NCBI GenBank assembly: GCA_963675665.1
Contig: OY776510.1
Coordinates: forward strand, 320,001-384,000
From: Spirochaetia bacterium
GTDB taxonomy: Bacteria > Spirochaetota > Spirochaetia > UBA9216
Direction: 5' to 3'
DNA length: 64,000 nt
In this document: one piece after another, positions 9,969-17,889 of the stretch
Layout of the letters: every line of letters begins with the position of its first letter
How positions within the stretch are numbered: the stretch's first letter is position 1
Made by a program: the position numbers and the translations under genes
The notes under the pieces: model-generated
Told to the model about the DNA's origin: nothing
Seen by the model: only the letters and a program-made list of their open reading frames with translations
Databases searched by the model: none

Positions 9969-11273
9969 TCAGCCCGCATACTCTTCTGCAATATGGGATG
10001 CAATTGTCTCCCATTCCCACAGCCGCCGGGGGTCATATCTGACAGTAGAAATATCCTTCATTATCAGTTCAACATTGCATTTACCTTCGGTTTTATCAAG
10101 AAAATCACGAATCTCCTGCCCGGCCCGTTTCGGGTCCCAGCGGCTTTCAGCAAGAATGGCAGGGTTCGGTTTGCGGCTCATTACATAATAAGGTCCAAGA
10201 TTTTCAATCGCCCGTTCAGTCTTTGACCACGGACTTACCGAAACCTTTCTCAGATTCGGTATGCGTTTGAGGATATCGGCTTTTCCGTCAAGGGGCTCAC
10301 AGCAACCGTAATATGTATGCTTCCATCTTTTGAGCCAGCGCAGATCATGTTCAATCGCAAAATCCCGGTGCATTTCCGGCGACACTTCGCTGAAAATCTG
10401 CGCATTTGAGCATCCCCACATGTTTTCAGGTTTAATATAACCAGGATTATATTCGTCGCCCGGCAGGTCGGAAACATAGCCGTAACCCCCGGAACCTATT
10501 CTTGTATTATCACAGTCAAGCGAAAGAAGATTTTGATCTACAAACTGATCAAGCTCGATCATCCATGCGTCTACCATTCTGTCTACAAATGCATGAACCA
10601 TATCCGGTCTCATGACAAGATCCATCATGGCCTCCTGCACCCCCCACCAGCGGATTAGATAGTCCCATGGGGTAAACCAGATATGGGTTTGCCCGACTTT
10701 TTTTACCGGTATAATACCTTCATACAAGTCTTTCATAGCATTGAAACTGTACTCGGTAGCTTTTTCATAGTGGCTGACCACAGGCATTTTAATCTTCTCG
10801 AGATCATCCATACTTTTTATCTGAATCTCGAAATGCCTGGAATAGATATCGTTCTCAGCATCGGTTTTAACAACCTTTACTTCTTCAATAATCCCGAAAT
10901 CAGTGCTGTGGATAACCAGCGGGCATTCAATAAACGGATTCACAATCATATCCCCGGGCATATGATTCCATTGGTAAATGGTCCTTCTAAGCCTGAGTTC
11001 AAGCTCCCTTGCCCATGGATGTTCCGTCTTTAATGTAAGCTCATCGTTGACATTCATTTCATGCCAGGGGATTTCATTTATCCAGATCATCGGCCGCCTG
11101 GACTTCAAATCATTTAAATTCTTCCAGAGCTCCGCTCTCTGCATGTTCACCGAATCAGAGGATATTTCGGCAATTTCCCCGCCCAGCTTTTTCAGAATTT
11201 CTTTTTCTTTATCTTTCAAGATTATTTCCGCCTCAACAGGGGGGGCTTCTTTATGACTGGGATCGTGCAGCAT
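9969..11273 (-). CDS. Divergent UroD/MetE-clan TIM-barrel protein (YGCCEP type)
   Basis: 434 aa. UroD-like segments WGVQEAMMDLVMRPDMVHAFVDRM and SEVSPEMHRDF, then YYGCCEPLD and LRKVSVSPW. Confidence 0.6.
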   Translation of the reverse strand: MLHDPSHKEAPPVEAEIILKDKEKEILKKLGGEIAEISSDSVNMQRAELWKNLNDLKSRRPMIWINEIPWHEMNVNDELTLKTEHPWARELELRLRRTIYQWNHMPGDMIVNPFIECPLVIHSTDFGIIEEVKVVKTDAENDIYSRHFEIQIKSMDDLEKIKMPVVSHYEKATEYSFNAMKDLYEGIIPVKKVGQTHIWFTPWDYLIRWWGVQEAMMDLVMRPDMVHAFVDRMVDAWMIELDQFVDQNLLSLDCDNTRIGSGGYGYVSDLPGDEYNPGYIKPENMWGCSNAQIFSEVSPEMHRDFAIEHDLRWLKRWKHTYYGCCEPLDGKADILKRIPNLRKVSVSPWSKTERAIENLGPYYVMSRKPNPAILAESRWDPKRAGQEIRDFLDKTEGKCNVELIMKDISTVRYDPRRLWEWETIASHIAEEYAG

Positions 11274-11367
11274 CTTCTCAACTCCTGATTAATTATCTGA
11301 TCAATTGATAAACCTGATATATTCAGTCGTCAATCCGCTTGTCTATTTTTTACAGTTGGTTTGTAAA

Positions 11368-13080
11368 TTATTGATGTGATTTTCTGTCGCCCTGGTTGTA
11401 CTCTGACGGGTAGACCCCGGTATATTTCCTGAAAGTGTTATAAAAATAGTTTGCATCGGTGTATCCAACTTCGGCAGCTATCTGGTTAGCCTTCATTCCG
11501 GTTGTGTTTAAAAGCTCCTTTGCTTTTCTTATTCTTAAAGAATTCAAATAGCGGGAAAAGTTCTCGCCGGCTTCTTCTTTGAATAATTTGCCGAGATAAG
11601 CCGGAGACAGATCAAACTGGTAGCCTAAAACCTTCAACGACAACGGATTCTGATAGTTATTGTCAACATACTCAACAATCTGCTGAATAAGGGTCCTGGG
11701 TCTTGCACGATCGATTGATAAAAGGTTAATGATTTCAAGTGCTGTGCTCTTCAGCCAGTCGAGAGTTTTCTCAATGGTTTTATACTGAAAAAGCTGTTTA
11801 AACAGTGATTCATAACCGCCTACTATTTCCTTTTCATTCATTTTATTTGTTCTGATAATATTCAGCAGATTGGAAAGCAACTCAACAGCAAAACCGCGAA
11901 AATACTCCTCACTGATAATTCTTCTGATTGTGAAACTCTGATAGATCCCGGAAAAAAAGCGTTCTACCGCCTCACGGTTGCATTCAAGAACCATCTGATA
12001 CAGGTAATCAAGATCAATTTCTTCCGGTGTATTGGATTCGAGAAAAAAGTCATCGACATTGTCTGCCGTTAGCATCTGAATGGGCAGATACCTGAATGGT
12101 TCTACTTCAAGTCCGTTAAACCAGTCTATTGCAAGCTGAATTGCAAGCGCTCCGTCAAGCCTTGCAGACTGATAGGTTGTTAAATCAAGCCGTCCCTCTT
12201 TGAGCATCCTCATTCCGACAAAACTGCTGCCGTTTGCTGCCCGAACAATGTCTGTCCGACCGGCTTCTTCCAGGGCACGGTTTATTCCCTGCTGGGCTAC
12301 ATTGTCATCAGCGCTGACTATTCCCTTCAGCTCACTGCCGAATTCTTCTATCCATGATTTAACCTGCATGTAAGTTTTTTCTTTATCAAGCCTGGTACTC
12401 TCAACCCCAAGAAGCTTCATCTCCGGAGCAATTTCGTTCAGCTCTGTAATGAGGCCCCATTTCCGTCCAAGGTAAGCCGATGAACCGGGGATATGACATA
12501 TAACTGCATAACCGCCGCAATAGTCCATCATTCCCGCAAAACGGCCGGCTAGCACCCTGAACTGCCCCCAGTCGTCAGGCCCTGTCCAGGCAAGAATATA
12601 TTTCAATGCCTCGGGGTCCGGAACCAGATTACTTGCAACAACAGGAATTCCGGCCTTATTAATTCTGCGGTAACAGTCTACACTATCGGAAGCACTCTCA
12701 GGAACAAGAATAATCAGATCGGGTTTTGATTCTATGGCTTCTTCAACCTGCCGGGCCTGCGTATCCATATCCCAGCCGGAATGAAAAAACACCAGTTTTA
12801 TCCCGAAAGGTTCAGCTGTTTCTTTCATTCCGGCTTCATATTCAGAGTGATAAGGGTGTTCCGGTAAAAGACAGATAACATTCTTGCCTTTTGCCCCATC
12901 CATGGGCGACGGCGGAATATTTTCCTTCTTTACTCCCCAGCCGGGGTATTCTTTATCATACCAGTGAAGACGATTATTCTCAGGGTAGTCTTCAGGATGT
13001 TTCGGTCTTTGGGGAATTTCTTTTCTGCCGCCCACCCAGAGAATAGGCTTTCTTCCGTCTGCATGATTATACGGACCCAT
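11368..13080 (-). CDS. AraC-family regulator with an N-terminal sugar-binding-protein domain
   Basis: 570 aa, no signal peptide. The N-terminal ~340 aa is collinear with the SBP at 3441-4637. C-terminal AraC HTH: SPAYLGKLFKEEAGENFSRYLNSLRIRKAKELL...VGYTDANYFYNTFRKYTGVYPSEY. Confidence 0.9.
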   Translation of the reverse strand: MGPYNHADGRKPILWVGGRKEIPQRPKHPEDYPENNRLHWYDKEYPGWGVKKENIPPSPMDGAKGKNVICLLPEHPYHSEYEAGMKETAEPFGIKLVFFHSGWDMDTQARQVEEAIESKPDLIILVPESASDSVDCYRRINKAGIPVVASNLVPDPEALKYILAWTGPDDWGQFRVLAGRFAGMMDYCGGYAVICHIPGSSAYLGRKWGLITELNEIAPEMKLLGVESTRLDKEKTYMQVKSWIEEFGSELKGIVSADDNVAQQGINRALEEAGRTDIVRAANGSSFVGMRMLKEGRLDLTTYQSARLDGALAIQLAIDWFNGLEVEPFRYLPIQMLTADNVDDFFLESNTPEEIDLDYLYQMVLECNREAVERFFSGIYQSFTIRRIISEEYFRGFAVELLSNLLNIIRTNKMNEKEIVGGYESLFKQLFQYKTIEKTLDWLKSTALEIINLLSIDRARPRTLIQQIVEYVDNNYQNPLSLKVLGYQFDLSPAYLGKLFKEEAGENFSRYLNSLRIRKAKELLNTTGMKANQIAAEVGYTDANYFYNTFRKYTGVYPSEYNQGDRKSHQ

Positions 13081-13125
13081 AAACAGATAATAACAGATTT
13101 GAAAGCTTTTCCCAAATACTTTAAA

Positions 13126-14379
13126 TCACAGACTGAACTCTCTTGCCGCCTCAAACATTGCAAGTATGTTCTGCGGCGGGATATCGGGCATTATGTTATG
13201 AATATTGGCAAAGACAAAGCCTCCGCCCGGGGCAAGAATTTCCATCCGCCTGGTTGCTTCCGCCTTAACCGCAGAAACCGACCCGTTTTTAAGAATATCC
13301 CGGACCTCCATTCCACCTCCCCAGAAAACCATATCAGATCCGAATTCCTTCTTTAACCGTTCCGGCTCCATATTCAGACAGTTTGTCTGAACCGGATTGA
13401 TTATATCAATTCCGGAATTTATAAAATCAGGAATATACTGATAGACGGAGCCGCAGGTATGAAGAAATGTTTTCATCCCGGTATTTTTATGCACATAATC
13501 AGACAGTCTCTTTCTATGCTCATGAAAAAGCTCCCGGTAGACAGCAAGACTCATAAACGGTCCCGAATCCATGCCCAGATCATCCCCAAAACGGATAATA
13601 TCAACAATATCTCCGACACTTTCACAGACCGCTTCAAGGCTTTTCATGTGCCGTTCCATTAATAATTCAAGAAGGACAGAAACCTTGTCTTTCCCGGTGT
13701 ATAAATCCATCAGGAAATTATCCATCCGGCGCAGAAAGGTTCCCCATTCAAAAAGGTTGCAGCCTATTACAACCATCAAAGCCTTGTCAGTCTGTGCTCT
13801 CAGCTGTATTGTCCTTTCACGAAGCTGTTCATAAAAATCCGGTTCTGAAGCATGATCCCACGGGCTATGGACAAAATGAGCCCATAAAACCTTATCCATT
13901 GCTTCATCCAGCGCCTCATCCATTGCATTTCGGCCTTCCGGATAACCTTCCAGAAACGGAAATACCGTCTGATCAAAAAAGGTAGCGCTCTCAGGCATTA
14001 CTGCTATAATCTCTCCGTTGCCGTGCCTCGCTTCCCAGGCGCCGGCATCATTTTTTTCAGGTTTAAACCATGAGGGATAATATGCAGTTTTTCCTGTCGG
14101 CAGTTTCATTTGAGTCCAGTCAGTTTCACTGTTATTGAAACTGCGTCCGATATCAAGAACATCAACCCCGAGAAGATCAATCAGCTCCGGCCCGGGCTGA
14201 GCAAGCTGCTGTACAACATCATAAACAAGAGTAGGATCATCCTTCCGTCCCAGATACTCCACAAGATTACGGTGCGCTATGGCAGAAATGCCGGCACTTG
14301 GATTGGAACCGAGATCAATCGGGGGCCTGTCAGGCTCTTTATGATTGATTGACAGCAGTACTCGATCTCTTGAAGTCAT
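13126..14379 (-). CDS. UroD/MetE superfamily protein 3
   Basis: 417 aa. Motifs MTSRDRV..HKEPDRPP, FGDDLG, FLHTCGSV, NPVQ, FWGGG, GGGFVFANIHNI, PPQNI. Confidence 0.85.
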   Translation of the reverse strand: MTSRDRVLLSINHKEPDRPPIDLGSNPSAGISAIAHRNLVEYLGRKDDPTLVYDVVQQLAQPGPELIDLLGVDVLDIGRSFNNSETDWTQMKLPTGKTAYYPSWFKPEKNDAGAWEARHGNGEIIAVMPESATFFDQTVFPFLEGYPEGRNAMDEALDEAMDKVLWAHFVHSPWDHASEPDFYEQLRERTIQLRAQTDKALMVVIGCNLFEWGTFLRRMDNFLMDLYTGKDKVSVLLELLMERHMKSLEAVCESVGDIVDIIRFGDDLGMDSGPFMSLAVYRELFHEHRKRLSDYVHKNTGMKTFLHTCGSVYQYIPDFINSGIDIINPVQTNCLNMEPERLKKEFGSDMVFWGGGMEVRDILKNGSVSAVKAEATRRMEILAPGGGFVFANIHNIMPDIPPQNILAMFEAAREFSL

Positions 14380-14575
14380 TAAAATCCCCCAAATATAAAG
14401 GTTATGTTTATCAATAATTTTGCTTTATTTTACCTTACCATATCACCTGTATTTTAGCATATAGTCTTCTCAAGTCAAGAAAAATGTTTATATTTAATTT
14501 ATATATTCAAATTTTACCAACTTCTTTATCATATTTTACTATTTTCCGTTATATTTTACCACTATTTTACTTGTT

Positions 14576-14611
14576 TAATGATAAAATATATTATAATATA
14601 TTTTATCATTA
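14576..14611. promoter_or_regulatory. Perfect 36-bp palindrome centred on a TATAAT, candidate operator of LacI paralogue 2
   Basis: TAATGATAAAATATATTATAATATATTTTATCATTA is self-complementary and ends 12 nt before the ATG at 14624. Confidence 0.65.
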
Positions 14612-14623
14612 CAAGGAAGAACC

Positions 14624-15631
14624 ATGGTTAAATTATCCGATATTGCACTGGAGGCCGGGGTATCCGTCACAACTGTTTCGATGGCGCTCTCGGGAAAAGG
14701 CAGAATCTCTACTGAAATAAGACAGAAGGTGCAGAAGTCTGCAGACAAACTTGGTTATGTAAAAAAGAAAAGATGTTCTTCCGAATCAGTCTGGGCAGTA
14801 CTTGTTCCGATGTCCGAGCAATGGGATTCAATATGGCATTTTATCAGACCTGTCATAGATAACATTACAAAAACCGCCGTCAGGAACGGGATTGGCTGCT
14901 GCATAATTCCTGTTTATCCGGAGTTTACTGTTTCAGATGTTAAATCATCCTTACATCATCATAAAGCTGCATCCGTATTCTCCATACACTTCGGAAATAC
15001 AGAACTTTTTGAGAGTCTTGAGAAAGAAGGGATTCCGGTTGTTGTAATTAATAATTCGCAATATCAGGAAGGATATTTCTCAATCTGCGTAGACGACTTT
15101 CAGGGGGCATATGAGGGAACAAAACACATTATCAATAAAAAGCATACTGCTATTGCATTTCTGGATTACCCGCGTCCAATGCTGCCCAATCTGGCATCAG
15201 ACAGATATTTCGGTTTTTTAAAGGCAATTGAAGAAGAAAATATTCAGTTCAAAGAAGAATGGAAAATTCAAATAGATCTTGATGATATTACCGAGCTAAA
15301 AAACAGGTTAAAAAAGATGCTTGAAAAAACACCGGCGCCTACGGCTTTCTTTGTTCACGATGATTTCATGGCTAACCGTTTAATATTTATACTTAATGAA
15401 CTCGGTCTGTCGGTTCCCGAAGATATTTCAATTACTGCTCCGGGAGATACATTGAATTACTCTTTCCCTGAAACGGCTAGAATAACCACAATGAGCATCA
15501 ATACAGGGTTGATGGGCAAATATGCCGCAGACATGATGCTTGAACGTGAATCAGGCGGGTACCAGGAAAGTCATGTTCTAAAAATAAAACAGCAGCTTAT
15601 TATAAGAGGCTCAACTCTCACCAGAGACTGA
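14624..15631 (+). CDS. LacI-family transcriptional regulator (paralogue 2)
   Basis: HTH KLSDIALEAGVSVTTVSMAL. Segments SICVDDFQGAYE and VPEDISITAPGD closely match paralogue 1. Confidence 0.9.
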   Translation: MVKLSDIALEAGVSVTTVSMALSGKGRISTEIRQKVQKSADKLGYVKKKRCSSESVWAVLVPMSEQWDSIWHFIRPVIDNITKTAVRNGIGCCIIPVYPEFTVSDVKSSLHHHKAASVFSIHFGNTELFESLEKEGIPVVVINNSQYQEGYFSICVDDFQGAYEGTKHIINKKHTAIAFLDYPRPMLPNLASDRYFGFLKAIEEENIQFKEEWKIQIDLDDITELKNRLKKMLEKTPAPTAFFVHDDFMANRLIFILNELGLSVPEDISITAPGDTLNYSFPETARITTMSINTGLMGKYAADMMLERESGGYQESHVLKIKQQLIIRGSTLTRD

Positions 15632-15640
15632 CCCGTTAAA

Positions 15641-15668
15641 CAGGGGGCTGCAACAATGCGCCCCCCTG
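15641..15668. terminator. Hairpin between convergent genes
   Basis: CAGGGGG-ctgcaacaatgcg-CCCCCCTG between the lacI stop (15631) and the permease stop (15676). Confidence 0.5.
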
Positions 15669-15675
15669 CGGCCCT

Positions 15676-16629
15676 TTATTCCGGACGCTCAATCATAAAG
15701 TCTACGCCGTCGGCTTTCGGAGCGCGCGAACGGCGGACCAGACCGGCCACTGCAACCACAGTAAGGACATACGGCAGGATGATAAACAGTTCTTCGGGAA
15801 TATTAAGTTCCAGGGCTATCTGCAGCCTGACCTGAAGCGCGTCCGCAAAACCGAAAAACAGGGACGCGATAAAAGCGCCTATGGGGGCCCATCCGCCTGA
15901 AATCATGGCGGCCATCGCAATAAATCCGCGGCCGCTGCTCATTCCCTCGGTAAAAGAAACAGCGTTTTCAATCGAAAGATATGCGCCGGCAAGGCCCGCC
16001 ATCATTCCCGAAACAAATACGCCGATATATCGCATCCTGTACACGGAAACACCGATTGTTTCCAGCGCCAGAGGATGTTCGCCTGCGGCCTTTATATGCA
16101 GGCCGAGCTTTGTCCTCTTCAGAAAGAATGTAAAAAATATTATCAGAATAAAACTGAAGTATATAATCGGAGTCTGGTTGAAAAATATCGGCCCGAGAAC
16201 CGGTATTTTTGAGAGACCCGGTATGGCCCACTGAAAATCCTTAAGCGAGTGTACGATAGGATCGGTTGTTCCGGGATGGCCGTAGATTACAACCATCAGG
16301 TACCGGACAAGTCCAAACGCAAGGATGTTCAGGACAGCGCCCGAAACTACATGCTCTAAATGGAGACTTACCGTGGCAAACGCATGCAGAAGCGAAAAAA
16401 CGCCCCCGGCCAGAACGGCAAACAATAGGCCGAGCCACGGGTTGCCGGTAAACATAGCGCCGACAAGACCGGTAAAGGCCCCGACTATCATCATTCCTTC
16501 CATAGCGATATTTACAACGCCGGATCGTTCACAGATAGTCGCTCCTATAGCTGCAAGGGTTATCGGGGTAGAAAGCCTGACAGTAGCGACAAGCAGTTGA
16601 GTATTAAAAATCTGGGCAAGCACTTCCAT
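15676..16629 (-). CDS. Nucleoside ABC transporter permease (NupC/YufQ-like)
   Basis: 317 aa. Motifs ERSGVVNIAMEG, AAGEHP, GRGFIAMAA, LPYVLT. Confidence 0.9.
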   Translation of the reverse strand: MEVLAQIFNTQLLVATVRLSTPITLAAIGATICERSGVVNIAMEGMMIVGAFTGLVGAMFTGNPWLGLLFAVLAGGVFSLLHAFATVSLHLEHVVSGAVLNILAFGLVRYLMVVIYGHPGTTDPIVHSLKDFQWAIPGLSKIPVLGPIFFNQTPIIYFSFILIIFFTFFLKRTKLGLHIKAAGEHPLALETIGVSVYRMRYIGVFVSGMMAGLAGAYLSIENAVSFTEGMSSGRGFIAMAAMISGGWAPIGAFIASLFFGFADALQVRLQIALELNIPEELFIILPYVLTVVAVAGLVRRSRAPKADGVDFMIERPE

Positions 16630-17889
16630 CTAAACCGCCTCCTGTTTTTTGGAAATCCTGGCTTTCCGTCGTTTTTTAATCCGTCCGCCGATATAGGTAT
16701 AGATGTACCTCGCTACAATAAGGAAAAGAATAATACCCTTCAGAATCTCAACAATCGAGTTCGGAATCTGCGTTGTTCTTGTCATATACTGACCGCCCGC
16801 ATCGAGGGCACCCCATAGAAGAGAGGTGAAGATAACGCCTATCGGGTTATTGGACGCCAGTATCGCAACCGAAATACCGTTCCAGCCGTATCCCGCGCTG
16901 AGGTTCTGGTACATCTTGTGATCAAGCCCGACAACCTGGTTGACCCCCGCCAGACCCGAAAGAAAACCGGCAAAGAGCAGCGCTATCATGATGTTCCTGC
17001 CGATTGAAATGCCCTGGGCCCTGGCGGCATTCGGGTTCTGTCCCACCGCGCGTATTTCAAAACCTATCCGGGTATAATACAGAATATAATACACCAGCAC
17101 GGCGACGGCTATTGCTATCAGAATGCCGATATGAAGTCGGTAATTCGCGTTCGGCAGAAACTGTTTAAACATCGGCAGAAAGTTGTTTTCAAGAATATCG
17201 TTTGTAACATAGGCGTGTGTCGATGCAGCGGGATCGCCGCCGTTTGCCCTGATAAATATCGGCGAAAGATGTCTTGCCGTGTGGGCAAGCATCATTGTAG
17301 TGATAACCTCATGGGCGCCGGTTTTAACCTTCAGCGCAGCAGGAACAATATTGTACGCAGCTGCGGCAAGACCCGAAATAACAAAAATCAGGATTATCGA
17401 GAAAAATGTCGGCATTCCGAGCCTCAGGCCGAGCCATGTAGCTGCCATCGATCCTATATAAAACTGCCCCTCGGCACCGATATTGAAAAGCCCGGCCTGA
17501 AAAGCAAACGCAACCGACAGCCCGGTAAAAATCAGCGGTACGGCATTAAGAATCGAAATATGCCAGTTCCGGACAAACCCGCCGTAAAACAGGGCTTTAT
17601 AAGCCTCTACCGGATCATAACCGGTAAACAGCATTATGATTCCGCCGAGAATAATCGCCGCCGCAATTCCCAACACAGGGATATAGAGCGTTTTGATAAA
17701 CTGTTTTGCCCAGCTGTTTGAAGCTTCCACGCCCTCGGCATAGCGTTTATAGAAATAGTAAAGTATCAATGCCGCTGCTATCAGAAAGATCCCGAAAAAG
17801 TAGGAAGCCGAATAAAAAACTATTCCGGCGGCGCCGGAGAGCAGCATCAGAACTGAAAACAATCGTTGAATATTTTTATTCTGAGTCAC
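16630..17889 (-). CDS. Nucleoside ABC transporter permease (NupB/YufP-like)
   Basis: 419 aa. Motifs AGLFNIGAEGQ, HEVITTMML, GFEIRAVGQN, GYGWNGISVA. Confidence 0.9.
   Translation of the reverse strand: MTQNKNIQRLFSVLMLLSGAAGIVFYSASYFFGIFLIAAALILYYFYKRYAEGVEASNSWAKQFIKTLYIPVLGIAAAIILGGIIMLFTGYDPVEAYKALFYGGFVRNWHISILNAVPLIFTGLSVAFAFQAGLFNIGAEGQFYIGSMAATWLGLRLGMPTFFSIILIFVISGLAAAAYNIVPAALKVKTGAHEVITTMMLAHTARHLSPIFIRANGGDPAASTHAYVTNDILENNFLPMFKQFLPNANYRLHIGILIAIAVAVLVYYILYYTRIGFEIRAVGQNPNAARAQGISIGRNIMIALLFAGFLSGLAGVNQVVGLDHKMYQNLSAGYGWNGISVAILASNNPIGVIFTSLLWGALDAGGQYMTRTTQIPNSIVEILKGIILFLIVARYIYTYIGGRIKKRRKARISKKQEAV

Noticed and set aside
8335-11357. ATTTTTTACWGTT at 8335 and 11345 (and ATTTTTTACA at 8712) as AraC sites
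   Set aside because: Low complexity in AT-rich spacers and inconsistent distance to the putative -35 boxes; cannot be told from chance by eye.
1086-14379. Calling the UroD-family genes hemE (haem biosynthesis)
   Set aside because: They lack the N-terminal RQAGR motif of true UroD, carry HxC or CC metal-type motifs and have no tetrapyrrole genes nearby.
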